Below, one piece after another: positions 44,842 through 55,233 of a DNA stretch of 60,395 nt. Numbering within the stretch: position 1 is the stretch's first letter; every line of letters starts with the position of its first letter. The position numbers and the translations under genes are program-made. Under the pieces are notes generated by a model. That model had not been told where the DNA came from, made no database searches, and saw only the letters and a program-made list of their open reading frames with translations. The DNA comes from a virus. Lineage: Duplodnaviria > Caudoviricetes. Location: IMG/VR virus record IMGVR_UViG_3300032116_000204, positions 1-60,395 of that record; one strand, 5' to 3'.

Positions 44842-47800
44842 CAGCAGGAGCCTCCTTGGGATTGTTTGCGCAGCTCCTCCAGCTGCCTGGCGAGCTCAGC
44901 TCGCGCCTTGGGAATGTCGGCCAGGGCCTGCTTGGCGGCCTGGGCCTCAGCAGTGGTGGGCTTGGGCTGTTTCTTGCCCTTGGCTGGCCCCTTGGCGGGG
45001 GCTGGGACCGCTTCTTTGGGCACCACCACGGCCTCGCCGTTGATGCTCGCCATCACCGATTTGGTGTCGTAGAAGGCTGGCTTGCGATCAGGCTTTGGCT
45101 TCAGCTCTGGGTTGAACTGCTGTGCGCCATCAGCCTGTGCTGAGCCCTCCCCGCGATAGGGCTGCGGCGCACGCTCACCAGTGACCGACAGTTCTGGATT
45201 GAACTCAGGCGTGCCTGGCCGCACGCGATCAATCGCACCGCCGAGCTCATAGCGGTTGTAGGCAAACATGCCGCGGCCCATCAGCCCCAGCCGCTTCTTC
45301 TCATCCCAGCTGAGGCGATCCCAGCCGTTGGCAGCCATCAGCGCATCCTTTTGCGCCTGCATGGCTTTGGCATCGAGCAGGTTGTACTCGAAGCGCAGAC
45401 GCATCTCGTCGATCAGCGCATCAGCGTTCCGCCCGCCGGCCTTGTAAGGGGGCAGTGCGTCGGTGTTGAAGGCCATCGCCAGCTGGCCGGTTTCATCGCT
45501 GAACAGGTCATCCACGAAGTTGCCCTGCTGGAAGAAGTCCGGCGCTTTGGGGCGATTGGGGATTGGCGTCACCGGTGCCTGCACCTCGCCGTTGTCGATG
45601 GCACGGCGGAGGATCTCAGCCTTCATCTGCTCGCGTGCCTGCGCGTCCAAGCCACGGGGCTGGAACTCGCTCAGCGGCACCGCCATTGGGTTGCCATCAG
45701 CGTCCACCACCTGGCCCATCGGCGAGCCCGTGGACAGGTCCGCCGGCACATCGAGCAGCGGTGCATCTGCAACGCCGGCCACGTTGGTTGTCAACGGCAT
45801 TGCCAACTGCTCTGCCTCAGGAGGCAGGTAGCGGCCGCGGCGTTGGCTGAGCTCAACCAGTGCGTCGATGATGTCGCTCTTCTTGGCGTTCCACACGCGG
45901 CGGCCGGTGCGGGCCTTCACCAGTGCTGCCACTTCAGGCGACGACTCCGGCATGGCGAGCCGGCGCAGCAGATCGCGGTTCCAGCCCTCCAGCGCTGCGC
46001 GGTAGTCATCAGGAGTGCGGTAGCCGAACTCGCTGGCGGTGCGGGTGAACTGCTCAAGGGGTGGCAGTTGGATCTCAGCGGCCAGATCGAGGCCCAGCTG
46101 CTGCGGCAGCACCATCTCGAGCTGATCGCCCACCAGGCTCTCGGGCACTGCCATGCGCTGCTGTACGGCTTGCAACTGCTGTTGTGCGACAGCCAGTTCG
46201 CGTTGCACCTTGGTCACTTGGCCTTTGGCCCCACGGGGGGTGAGCTCACCGGACTGCTGGCGGGCGTCGATCTCAGCCAGTCGCTCGTTCAGGCTGTTGA
46301 TCTGGTCCTGAGCGGCCTGCAGTTCGTTGGCGTTGCGCTCAGCACCGATCTCACGCCACACGCGGGAGTGGATCTCGCGCAGTTGGCTGTCGTCGAGCTC
46401 ATCCAGCTGAGCCAGGAAGGTGTCGATCTCAGGTCTGGTGTCGAGATCAAGCTCGCCCTGCCGGCTGCCCCTGGGTGCGAGGAACTGCTCAGTGGTGCCG
46501 CTCAGGTTGAGGTCGGCCACCTGCTGGTCGATCTGGTCGATCTGCTGCAGTAGCTGCTCGGCGGTTGCCTCGTCCACGCTCGGCAACTTGGCCAGCAGCT
46601 CGCCGCGTTGCATCGAGAGCTGCTCGATCTCGCCGCGAACGGATGGATCACCGGTGGTGACGCGCAGCTCGAGCTGCCCGGCCTCGCCTTGCTGCACCAG
46701 GCCCATGGACTGCAGGCGTTGGCGCTGGGCTTCCACCTGGCGGATCTGGGTGGCCTCATCGAGGTAGCGCTCGATGGCGCTGCCATTGGGCACGGCAGGA
46801 ACGATGGCGCCGCCGCTCTGGTACGGCGGCAGGGCCGGCGCCCCCGGGGCATCGCCTGGCAGTGATCCGCCTGGGGTTGCCTGATCAATCCGCACCGGCG
46901 TGATCGGCCCGCCTCCAGCGGCGGCCTGCATCTGAACGCTGGGCAGCTGGGGGATGTCGGCCCCGGGAGGCAGCTGCGGCGCATCGGTGCCCCGGTACAT
47001 GTAGGGCGCCAGTTCGGCGTCGGCGATCTCATCCAACAGCGACACGCCGCCGTCAAACATGGCGCGGCGGGTGGGGCCGAACATGCTCAGCGCACCAATC
47101 ACGGTGAGCGGTGCGGCCAGGCCCTCCACCAGCAGACCCTTGCCGAACTTCTGCAGGTAGTTGTCGGTCTCGTCGGCACGGCCGGGCAACCGCAGGCCAG
47201 CCATGTCGCCAAGGTTGGCGAGGTTGCCGTCGTCTTGGTTGATGAACGGTGCAGCCAGGGTGGTGCCAACCAAGGCTTCTCCCACCCGGGTGCCGGCAGT
47301 CAGGCCTGTGCGCAGGGCCGGGTTGGCCCGCTGCGCTACGGCCAGGCTGCGAACGGTGCGTGTTGCCTTCAAGGCATCAGCAGCACGCTTCACCTGGGCC
47401 AGCTGGCCGACGCGCTTGATCAGTGATGCACCGGTGACAGCACCGATGACCTCAGCGCCGATGGCCCCACCGACCTCGAGGCCGGGCTGGTCCGCTGGTG
47501 TGACCTCTTGGCCGATGCCGATGCGGAAGGGGTTGTACTGGCGGGCCACCTCATCGGGGATGGTCCATGCGTCTTTGACGTCGATCGTCTTGCGCTGGAC
47601 AAGATCACCAACGGCATTGCCCAGCTTGCTGATTGCATTGATGGGCCCCACCACCAAGCCAGCTTTGGTGTCAGGCGAGGCCAGCACATTCATCAGCTGG
47701 CCGAGTGGTTTGAACGGGCCGAGATTGCTCTCGAGCCTGCTGTTCATCTCGCCCCTGGTGGGCTTGCGGCCCTGGGTCTTGGCTTGTGCGGGAGCCGCAG

Positions 47801-47885
47801 AACCACCGCCTGCTGTGGGTTCAGTTGGAACGACTGGATCAAAGGCCGAGTCGTCTTCGATTGGAGCCAGGTTGAAAGCAGGCAT
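44841..47885 (-). CDS. Internal virion protein, probable counterpart of the N-terminal part of the gp16-like protein
   Basis: Synteny; 1014 aa; hydrophobic N-terminal helices and coiled coils. Confidence 0.6.
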   Translation of the reverse strand: MPAFNLAPIEDDSAFDPVVPTEPTAGGGSAAPAQAKTQGRKPTRGEMNSRLESNLGPFKPLGQLMNVLASPDTKAGLVVGPINAISKLGNAVGDLVQRKTIDVKDAWTIPDEVARQYNPFRIGIGQEVTPADQPGLEVGGAIGAEVIGAVTGASLIKRVGQLAQVKRAADALKATRTVRSLAVAQRANPALRTGLTAGTRVGEALVGTTLAAPFINQDDGNLANLGDMAGLRLPGRADETDNYLQKFGKGLLVEGLAAPLTVIGALSMFGPTRRAMFDGGVSLLDEIADAELAPYMYRGTDAPQLPPGADIPQLPSVQMQAAAGGGPITPVRIDQATPGGSLPGDAPGAPALPPYQSGGAIVPAVPNGSAIERYLDEATQIRQVEAQRQRLQSMGLVQQGEAGQLELRVTTGDPSVRGEIEQLSMQRGELLAKLPSVDEATAEQLLQQIDQIDQQVADLNLSGTTEQFLAPRGSRQGELDLDTRPEIDTFLAQLDELDDSQLREIHSRVWREIGAERNANELQAAQDQINSLNERLAEIDARQQSGELTPRGAKGQVTKVQRELAVAQQQLQAVQQRMAVPESLVGDQLEMVLPQQLGLDLAAEIQLPPLEQFTRTASEFGYRTPDDYRAALEGWNRDLLRRLAMPESSPEVAALVKARTGRRVWNAKKSDIIDALVELSQRRGRYLPPEAEQLAMPLTTNVAGVADAPLLDVPADLSTGSPMGQVVDADGNPMAVPLSEFQPRGLDAQAREQMKAEILRRAIDNGEVQAPVTPIPNRPKAPDFFQQGNFVDDLFSDETGQLAMAFNTDALPPYKAGGRNADALIDEMRLRFEYNLLDAKAMQAQKDALMAANGWDRLSWDEKKRLGLMGRGMFAYNRYELGGAIDRVRPGTPEFNPELSVTGERAPQPYRGEGSAQADGAQQFNPELKPKPDRKPAFYDTKSVMASINGEAVVVPKEAVPAPAKGPAKGKKQPKPTTAEAQAAKQALADIPKARAELARQLEELRKQSQGGSC

Positions 47886-47888
47886 GGG

Positions 47889-50800
47889 TCAATACTCCCC
47901 TTGGTGTGGCAGGTCGATTGGCCTGATTGCGTCACGCCCCATCTGGAGCATGTCCACCGTGTTTTCAGCTATCCGCTTCCTCCTGGTGTTCCATTCGTAG
48001 AGAAAGTCGTTGCCGATCTTGCGCAGATCAAGCTGGAACGGCAGGGGCAAATCCCAGATCTTTGCTTCGCCAGACGCTCCGGCGCGTTCCTTATCAAGGA
48101 AGAGGAACACTTGCTGTTTCAGGGCCCTGCGCGTCTTGTCATCCACGAAAATCGATAAATCAATTTTGTCCCTGACAAACACGTCGCCTGGCGCGGACGC
48201 AAATGCGCCGGCCTTTCTGGCCTCTCGAGCCCAAGCATCAATTTGAGGCTTTAGCGCCTCCTTGAACTGGCGTTCGGTAGGAGCCGTGACCCGACTCCTT
48301 GGGTTGGGATTGGTGTTGTTTAGGCGCTGCTTGTTCTCTGCCTCAATAGGGTTCCAGCTGTCAATTACCTCACGGATCTTCTGGTTCCTTTTGATTGCCT
48401 CTTCATGGAGCCGCGGATCAATCTTGAGATCTTTTTTCTCCAGCCTCCAGTAGCCAGGCCCGTTTGGCAGGCTGCGCCTGTCAGGGTCCATCGGCCTTCC
48501 GGCCTGCTGGAACATCCGCCGCATTGGCAGCGGCTGCAGCCCGGCCACGTCCTCAAAACCGCCTTGCTGAGTCAGTTGCGCCGCTAGCTGATCGCCGAGC
48601 TGTGTGTTCGGCTCAACAGCAGAGCGACGCCCCACCTCGCCGCCATTGCGCTTGTACGACTCCCAGATCGCTTGGGTGTACTCAGCGATGGATGGATAGC
48701 GCCGGCCTTTGTAGAACTGCGGCTTGGTGTCGTTCCAGAGCTTCGCCTGCCCGGAGTACCAGACAGCCGCTGCTCGCCGAATCGCTTGTTCTCCGCTGTA
48801 CCCGGCCGACTGCTGATCGGCAAGCATGTCGCGGAACCGGCCATTAACCACCGCATCCTGCGCATTGCGATCACGTAAGAACTGCTGTGGTGTTAGCCGT
48901 CTTCCCAGATACTTCTGCGTCCAAGGCCCTACGTTCTCCGGCATGACTTGGCCAATGCCAAGCGCCCCAGAGTCCGGGTTCACGGCGCTGTAGTTGCCGC
49001 CTGATTCCTTGCCAATGATCGCAGCGCGAAAGGCGCCGATGCTTCCTGTCGGCGCTGGCTGGCCGCCAGATGGTGCTGACAAAGATGGCGGCAGCGTTGC
49101 TGCAGCGGCGGGCGGCGTGAGTATCCGCATGAGCCAGCCACCAGGCCGCAGTGGGTTGTACCCAACCGGCAGCATCCCCAGCCCTGAACCCTGCAGGCTG
49201 GGCAGTTGGCTGCTCGACACCGTGTTGTTCGCACGAGATTGCTTGACCTTCTCCTGCAGCCAGCGCGTGGCATCACCGTTGGGATCGAGCTTCGGGTAGA
49301 AGCGCAGTTGCTCGAGCAGGTAGCGGAACGTGCTGGTGTTGGCACGCTTCGCCAGGTTGTAGAGCTCAGCGCTCACCGGCTTGTTGCCCTGCAGGTTGAC
49401 CAGCTCGGACCGCAGCCACTGGCCGTCCATCACCGGCCGGCGCTGATAGGTGCGAATCGTCTCGTCAGACAGCGATGCGGCACCAGCCTTGGGCACCCCG
49501 CGAGCAGCGGCAGGGTCAGTGCCAACGGTGCGTGGCCCAACCTCGCCAGGTTTACGGCCAGTGAGCTCGGTCATCACCTTGGCCCACTCCGGTGTTTTGC
49601 GCACCGCCGCCTCGGCCTCAGCCATCACCACGCTGCGGGCAGCAGGACTCATCACCTGCCCAGGCCGTTCGGCCTTCCAGGAGCGAATCGCCTTGGACAG
49701 CTCCCTCTCGTAGAGGTTGGTGAGCCGGTTGGCGGCAGCCGTCAGCTTGGTGTTCTGATAAGCCGCTGAGATCGCCGCTGTTGCTGTCGCACCACCCGAC
49801 AGCTGCTGCGCCACCACCTGGGCCAACGCATCACCGCTGCGGCCATTCACCTTCTGCTGGCTCTTGAGCTCACGCACGGCCTGGCTGTCGAGATCCTGCA
49901 GCACTGCTGCTGTGACCTTCTCCTTCACGCCAGGGTCAAACTCGGCCGCCGAATCACGGGCCTTGTTGATGGCAGCCACCATGCGCTGGTAGTCATCGCG
50001 CCGCCCCTCGGGGGTGGGGTTGAGACTGGCGATCTGCCTGGCCTGTTGCAGGGCGTTCTTGTAGGCGCCAGGGTCATCGGTCCAGGTGCTCGGCCCGACC
50101 GCTTCCATCTGAACGATGAAGTCCTCCACCTGGAATGGATCAGGGGGCCGCACCACCTGGGTGAACTCGCTTTGATCTTTGGCCCGCTGGGCGATGTACT
50201 CCTCAGGCTTGAGGTAGCCCATACCCAGGGCTTGATTGCGGAACTCGAGCAGTGCTGCCGGATAGCCGGGGTCCGCCGGATCGAATTGGCCAGGGCCTGA
50301 GTACCAGAGCCGATCGAGCGTCAGCTCGATGTTCTTCTGCCGCAGATCGTGTGTCTTCTGCACAGCTTCCTGTCCGCGCACCTGCAGTTCGAGGGTCTCG
50401 AACGGGGCCATCGCGCCCCAGGTCGGCCGCTTCTCGTAGGGCATGGACGGGTCGCCGGCCCTGATGTTCTGCAGCACCGCACCGGCAACCGGGTCGCTGC
50501 CGTAGGTGCCGATGATCTGCTCGCGCAGGAACTGCACCGTGCGCTTGCGGGCATCGGGGGCCAGCAGCTTCAGCTGTTGATCCAGCGCAAACGTGATCGC
50601 CGCAGCGCCGTATTGGGTGAACTCAGGAGTGCCGGGCTTGAAGGTGACGCCTTGATGCGTGTAGCCCTTGGTCATCAAGTCCTCCATCACTGCGGCCGTT
50701 GCGGCCACCGTGCTGTTGCGGGTCGATTCCTCAACAGCTGTGTCGTAGAACTTGCGCTGCTTGTCGCGGTATTGATCCCAGGCCTGGTTGAGCTTGGGGG

Positions 50801-51446
50801 TCACATAGAACTGCACCTCTGGTTCGTCACCCGTCAGCTGAAACCGGTTGAGCACCTGTGACGTCAGCTGCACCTGGCGCTTGGTGAGCTCTGGGCTGTC
50901 AGGACGCAGGGTGCCGAGCATCCCGGCATTGGCGGTCAGGTCGTCTTCCAGTGCATTGGAGATCTCAGAGCCGGCCAACTGCGCCAGGGCCCGCCGACGG
51001 CCGATCAGCTTCCACGGGTTCGACTCGTTGAGCAGCTGAGCAGCAACCGGGTCCACCTTCTCCAGCTGCCCGATCTGGCTGGCTGCATCAGCAGCACCGG
51101 CCTCGGCCTGCACCTGCAGCGAGAGCGTGGCTTTCGCCTGCTGGTTCTTCAGCTCGGCGTAGTACCCCTCCTCGATCTGGCCTTTGCGCAGCGACAGATA
51201 GCCCTGCCCGGCGACATCCATCAACGCCTTGTTGAACGGCGCCAGCGCAGTGGCGAGCTGCTCGTATTGGTTGAAGCCAGCGACATTGCCGCGCGATCCG
51301 ATCTGAATCGTGCTGATCCCGCTCGGGTTGTCGAGCTGCACTGGCCTGGCCGGCGCAGCAGGCTCCGGTTGCGCCGCCTGAACAAAGGCCCCGATCGGCC
51401 GGGCGACCGGCGTGATCTGACCAAGGGGAAGGTTCCTGTCTGCCAT
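47889..51446 (-). CDS. Internal virion protein, gp15-like, with SLT/lysozyme-like transglycosylase domain
   Basis: IIGKESGGNY.AVN..SGALGIGQVMP motif; shares GLGMLP and PPAAAA motifs with 9267..12104. Confidence 0.75.
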   Translation of the reverse strand: MADRNLPLGQITPVARPIGAFVQAAQPEPAAPARPVQLDNPSGISTIQIGSRGNVAGFNQYEQLATALAPFNKALMDVAGQGYLSLRKGQIEEGYYAELKNQQAKATLSLQVQAEAGAADAASQIGQLEKVDPVAAQLLNESNPWKLIGRRRALAQLAGSEISNALEDDLTANAGMLGTLRPDSPELTKRQVQLTSQVLNRFQLTGDEPEVQFYVTPKLNQAWDQYRDKQRKFYDTAVEESTRNSTVAATAAVMEDLMTKGYTHQGVTFKPGTPEFTQYGAAAITFALDQQLKLLAPDARKRTVQFLREQIIGTYGSDPVAGAVLQNIRAGDPSMPYEKRPTWGAMAPFETLELQVRGQEAVQKTHDLRQKNIELTLDRLWYSGPGQFDPADPGYPAALLEFRNQALGMGYLKPEEYIAQRAKDQSEFTQVVRPPDPFQVEDFIVQMEAVGPSTWTDDPGAYKNALQQARQIASLNPTPEGRRDDYQRMVAAINKARDSAAEFDPGVKEKVTAAVLQDLDSQAVRELKSQQKVNGRSGDALAQVVAQQLSGGATATAAISAAYQNTKLTAAANRLTNLYERELSKAIRSWKAERPGQVMSPAARSVVMAEAEAAVRKTPEWAKVMTELTGRKPGEVGPRTVGTDPAAARGVPKAGAASLSDETIRTYQRRPVMDGQWLRSELVNLQGNKPVSAELYNLAKRANTSTFRYLLEQLRFYPKLDPNGDATRWLQEKVKQSRANNTVSSSQLPSLQGSGLGMLPVGYNPLRPGGWLMRILTPPAAAATLPPSLSAPSGGQPAPTGSIGAFRAAIIGKESGGNYSAVNPDSGALGIGQVMPENVGPWTQKYLGRRLTPQQFLRDRNAQDAVVNGRFRDMLADQQSAGYSGEQAIRRAAAVWYSGQAKLWNDTKPQFYKGRRYPSIAEYTQAIWESYKRNGGEVGRRSAVEPNTQLGDQLAAQLTQQGGFEDVAGLQPLPMRRMFQQAGRPMDPDRRSLPNGPGYWRLEKKDLKIDPRLHEEAIKRNQKIREVIDSWNPIEAENKQRLNNTNPNPRSRVTAPTERQFKEALKPQIDAWAREARKAGAFASAPGDVFVRDKIDLSIFVDDKTRRALKQQVFLFLDKERAGASGEAKIWDLPLPFQLDLRKIGNDFLYEWNTRRKRIAENTVDMLQMGRDAIRPIDLPHQGEY

Positions 51447-51452
51447 TGATCG

Positions 51453-52286
51453 TTAGCCGGGTGTGCCGGGGCCGCTGGGGGATGAGGGCCTCTTCAGCCC
51501 TTTGACTGCGCCGGCCATCGAGACGGCCGACTGCACGCCACCGAGCACTGCGGTGCCGATGTTCAGTGCCGCCGCTGCACCGCTTGGACCCGCACCCGTC
51601 ATCGACGGAGGCGGTGGTGTCAGCAGTGTTGGCAGCGGAGCAAACGGTGGGATCGGGTCGATGTAGGGCTGCTCTTCGTAGAACTGCTGGCTGTTCCAGC
51701 GGTTCAGGTACTGGGCCACCTGGCCCGCTTGCTCCCGGGTGTACTGGCGAGTGCGCAGTCCGCGGTTGATCGACTGCAGCGTTTCGTAGTCACCTACCTG
51801 GCGGGCATAGTCGTTGACGATGCGATCAACGGACCGGCCTTCCTGGCCCATGGCCTGCACAGATGCCCGCGCCTGCAGCGCTCTCCAGCGGTATTGCTGC
51901 ATCGCCACGGCTTCTTGCATCGAGGCCTCCTGGAAGGCCTGGCTCATCGCATCGCTGTCTTGGATGTAGGCAGCACCAGCAGCGGCACGGGTCTGCCCCA
52001 CCACTTCTGCTTGGCGGATGCTCTTGACCAGCTCGAAGTTTCTCAGCGAGTTGGTGTAGGCCAGCTGCTGGTTGTAATTGACCGTCTCGGCCCAATACTT
52101 CTGCTGAGCATTGGCATCGGTGATCCGAGCGTTAAAACCCGCCTGCCATTCGGCAAAACGCCCGTTGGCATCCTGGAAGGCCTTTTGATTTTCGTAGTCC
52201 TGGCGCTGGGCGGCATGGCTGGCGCCAGCCCCCAGGATCCCCATGCCCGCGTTGGCAACGCCAAACGCAATCGAAAACGGATCCAT
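51453..52286 (-). CDS. Internal virion protein B, gp14-like, module B
   Basis: MDP start plus hydrophobic stretch, G.EGRSVD...DY.RQ motif matching module A; synteny. Confidence 0.7.
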   Translation of the reverse strand: MDPFSIAFGVANAGMGILGAGASHAAQRQDYENQKAFQDANGRFAEWQAGFNARITDANAQQKYWAETVNYNQQLAYTNSLRNFELVKSIRQAEVVGQTRAAAGAAYIQDSDAMSQAFQEASMQEAVAMQQYRWRALQARASVQAMGQEGRSVDRIVNDYARQVGDYETLQSINRGLRTRQYTREQAGQVAQYLNRWNSQQFYEEQPYIDPIPPFAPLPTLLTPPPPSMTGAGPSGAAAALNIGTAVLGGVQSAVSMAGAVKGLKRPSSPSGPGTPG

Positions 52287-52732
52287 CAGCTTGCCCTCCA
52301 GAAGTGGCAGAACAGCTGAGCGCTGCGCCCCCGCGGGGCGGGCGTGTCGATCGTGAAGCCCAGGTGCTCAAGCCACCGCAACGTGGCCAGGTTGGATGCC
52401 AGAGCCCAGTTCTCAAGGCAGCCGGCCCCATCACGCAGCAGGCCATCGACCCACACCCTGCCGCCACGAATGAACTGGCGGCGATGGCTAGCTGTTGCGA
52501 GCAGCTTGTCGGTGCCCAGCAGCCAGATCAACGATCCATTGACGCCGCAGATGCCCACCGGCTCACCATCATCTGCATCTATGCAACGACAGATCGAGCT
52601 GCTTTTCCAGCTCCCAATCACGGCCTCTTCTCCTGTGATCCCATGGCTGTAGAGCACCTCAAGCTGATCTTGATAGCGGACCCGACTTGCAATGCGCTGC
52701 ACCCGTGCAGTTGTTGGCTCAGACCAGTTCAT
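52286..52732 (-). CDS. gp13-like / GNAT-fold protein, module B
   Basis: IWLLGTD...N....N...LRWLEHLGF; start re-called at ATG 52732. Confidence 0.75.
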   Translation of the reverse strand: MNWSEPTTARVQRIASRVRYQDQLEVLYSHGITGEEAVIGSWKSSSICRCIDADDGEPVGICGVNGSLIWLLGTDKLLATASHRRQFIRGGRVWVDGLLRDGAGCLENWALASNLATLRWLEHLGFTIDTPAPRGRSAQLFCHFWRAS

Positions 52733-55233
52733 TGCAGGCTCCTTGCTTGACTTGTGATCAGGCCCACCCACTCGCAGGTACTGAACTTGCAGGGGTGGAT
52801 GGTGTCGTTGTGGACCTCGACGATGCAGTTCTCTCCCTTGCTTGCGATGGGGATCTGGAACACACCCTCGAAGTACCGCTTGTTCTCAAGGTCGTAGCCA
52901 TTCGCCATTGCGCTACCCAGCGAGGAGTTGCGACTGCCGAGCACCGTGCCATCAAACTTGTAGAGCGCCATGTCACGGCGTTCTGCCATGACATAGACCT
53001 CGAAGTACGAGGTCTCGTGATAACGGAGCTTGGCGTGACGAACCTGTGTCCGCTCGACGTTGGCTGCAGCCTTCCCGCCACCAACCTCCTTGTAGAGCTT
53101 GAAGCGAGTGAAGCGATACACGAAGTCGTAGACCTCACCGAAGAACACCGGTGCCGCAGACCAGTCGCCACTGGCCACGATCGTGTTGCCACTACTTGCT
53201 GATCCCAGCCGCACGCCGCCATTGCTGGTCATGCCATAACCAGACCAGGCCTGTGTTGGCGCCTTGATCGTGTACGGCAGCGTCCAGGTGGTCTGCTTGG
53301 TGGTGGCGTTGTAAGTGCCAGCCGCCACTCGAATCGCCGCCGGTGTTTCGGTGGTAGTTGAGATCCGCCTGTCCAGCAGCAGGGGGTAGGGATTGGGGGT
53401 GACGTCGCTGAGGCGATCTGCGACCGGCATCTTCTCCAGCCACACCTCAGTGCCGTACTCCACCAGCAAATACATGATCTCCTGCACGCAGAGGATCTGC
53501 AGGATTCGATCAGCGCCATTGAGCTGCCAATGGCTCCAGCTGCTCTGTGCGCGTTCAGCGCCACCGCCGGTGTTGCGGTAGAAGTATTTGTAGACGTAGA
53601 TGCGGTCGGTAAAACCGCTCTTGTCTGACACGGCAAACCAGCTGTTGCCCGTGTCGTTGGCCGTCAGCTTGAACACATCCGCTGGGATGTAGCTGCTCAC
53701 GTAGCCGGTCAGATCAGACGCATCAGCCACCAGCGCAGTTCCCGCACCGCGGACACTGAACTCACGGAACTGACTCCACTGGCCGTTGGCCTGACAGAAG
53801 ATGATCGTGCCCTGCACCGGAATTGGCCTGCAGTCAGGGTCGATCTCGTACTGGGTCAACACCGTGATCACGGCGCTGGCGGGGGTCAGGATGGTTTCGG
53901 CAGCGTTAAACCTGAACTGGATCTGGTCGGAGAAGATGATCAGCTCGTCCTGGTACGGGATCGCGTAACGCAGCACCGACACCCGGTTGTTGCTGGCCGT
54001 CAGGTCGATCGGATCCGTGTCCAGCACGGCAGTCACGGTCTCTGGGAAGAACTCGAAGAAGTCCCGGGTGCGGCTCAAGATGACGTTCTCATCTGCCAAG
54101 AAGCCCAGCCGGTTCTTGTAGATGAAGACGTCCTGGATGGGATACCCAATGAAGCTGGGGTCCGGTGCGGTGTCGTAATCACCTGCAGTGCGTTCGCCCC
54201 AGGTGGGGATCGTTACGCCACCCTGGGTGCTGCCATTGGCCGGGCCGAAATAGAACGTGCCATTCGGCAGCCGCACCAGCAGGTGAGGCATCGTCGCCGG
54301 GTTGATCTTGTACTCAACTCCGGGGCTGACGGTCTCTTGCCATGAGCCCTCGCCAAAGGTGCCGGCGCCCGTGCGAGGAACAAAGCTGACGTAGTAGCCG
54401 TCGAACTTGTTGCCCGGATCGCCCACCACCTCAACCTGATAACCCTGGGGGGCAATGGTCGGAAGCTCGGTGAAGGCCTGAACGCTGCTGGTGATCGCCG
54501 TGATGTCAGCGTTGGCCCGGGCGTCAGACGCTGCAATCGTGATTGCACTCGAGGAGGTGAAGTGCAGCACGCTGCCTCTCCTCGAGATCGACACTCCACT
54601 CACACCACCCAGTGCCGACTGAATGGCAGTGGCGATGTCCTCTGTGCTGATGCGGTTCTCAGTCGTGGTGCTGCCGCTCACCACAACCGGCGCCACTGGA
54701 GTTTGCACCGTGGCCTGGGTGCCGTTCACGTTGACCTTGTAGGTCTGGCCGTAGTTGGCAGCCTTCACCCACACCAGCGCTTCATGGTTTGCCGGCCTCG
54801 CAGTTGCTGGCGCCAGGCTTGGGTCCATCGCCGGCACCGCCTTCGTGTTCGAGATGAAGGTGTAGTCGGCAATCGTCGCCGCCCTGATGTCGCTCTTGGC
54901 GCTCACCACCGACGACAGGTAGCTGTAACCCGATGGCGCGTTGACGGTCTTCTCGTTGCCATCCAGATCGAAGACCTTGATGGCGGTCTTGCCAATCACC
55001 ACCAGGTATTTCTCTCCTGCATCACGCAGGATCTGATGGAAGTAGACGTCCCCGAAACTACTGTTGCTGACCTTGGCGATGACTTGCGTTGGCTCACGCT
55101 TGCGCAGCCCCTCTGCCAGGGAGCTCATCGCATTGATCTGTGTCTCGCCTTGGCTGGGTTCGCGCTGCGCGTCGGGCTGCTGGCTAATCCCCTGAATCAG
55201 GTTGGGGATCGTGTAGCTGACGAGGTTAGCCAC
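52729..55233 (-). CDS. Tail tubular protein B (gp12-like), module B
   Basis: IPNLIQGISQQP...GLRKR; FFPETV..VLD.DPID shared with module A. Confidence 0.92.
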   Translation of the reverse strand: MANLVSYTIPNLIQGISQQPDAQREPSQGETQINAMSSLAEGLRKREPTQVIAKVSNSSFGDVYFHQILRDAGEKYLVVIGKTAIKVFDLDGNEKTVNAPSGYSYLSSVVSAKSDIRAATIADYTFISNTKAVPAMDPSLAPATARPANHEALVWVKAANYGQTYKVNVNGTQATVQTPVAPVVVSGSTTTENRISTEDIATAIQSALGGVSGVSISRRGSVLHFTSSSAITIAASDARANADITAITSSVQAFTELPTIAPQGYQVEVVGDPGNKFDGYYVSFVPRTGAGTFGEGSWQETVSPGVEYKINPATMPHLLVRLPNGTFYFGPANGSTQGGVTIPTWGERTAGDYDTAPDPSFIGYPIQDVFIYKNRLGFLADENVILSRTRDFFEFFPETVTAVLDTDPIDLTASNNRVSVLRYAIPYQDELIIFSDQIQFRFNAAETILTPASAVITVLTQYEIDPDCRPIPVQGTIIFCQANGQWSQFREFSVRGAGTALVADASDLTGYVSSYIPADVFKLTANDTGNSWFAVSDKSGFTDRIYVYKYFYRNTGGGAERAQSSWSHWQLNGADRILQILCVQEIMYLLVEYGTEVWLEKMPVADRLSDVTPNPYPLLLDRRISTTTETPAAIRVAAGTYNATTKQTTWTLPYTIKAPTQAWSGYGMTSNGGVRLGSASSGNTIVASGDWSAAPVFFGEVYDFVYRFTRFKLYKEVGGGKAAANVERTQVRHAKLRYHETSYFEVYVMAERRDMALYKFDGTVLGSRNSSLGSAMANGYDLENKRYFEGVFQIPIASKGENCIVEVHNDTIHPCKFSTCEWVGLITSQARSLQ

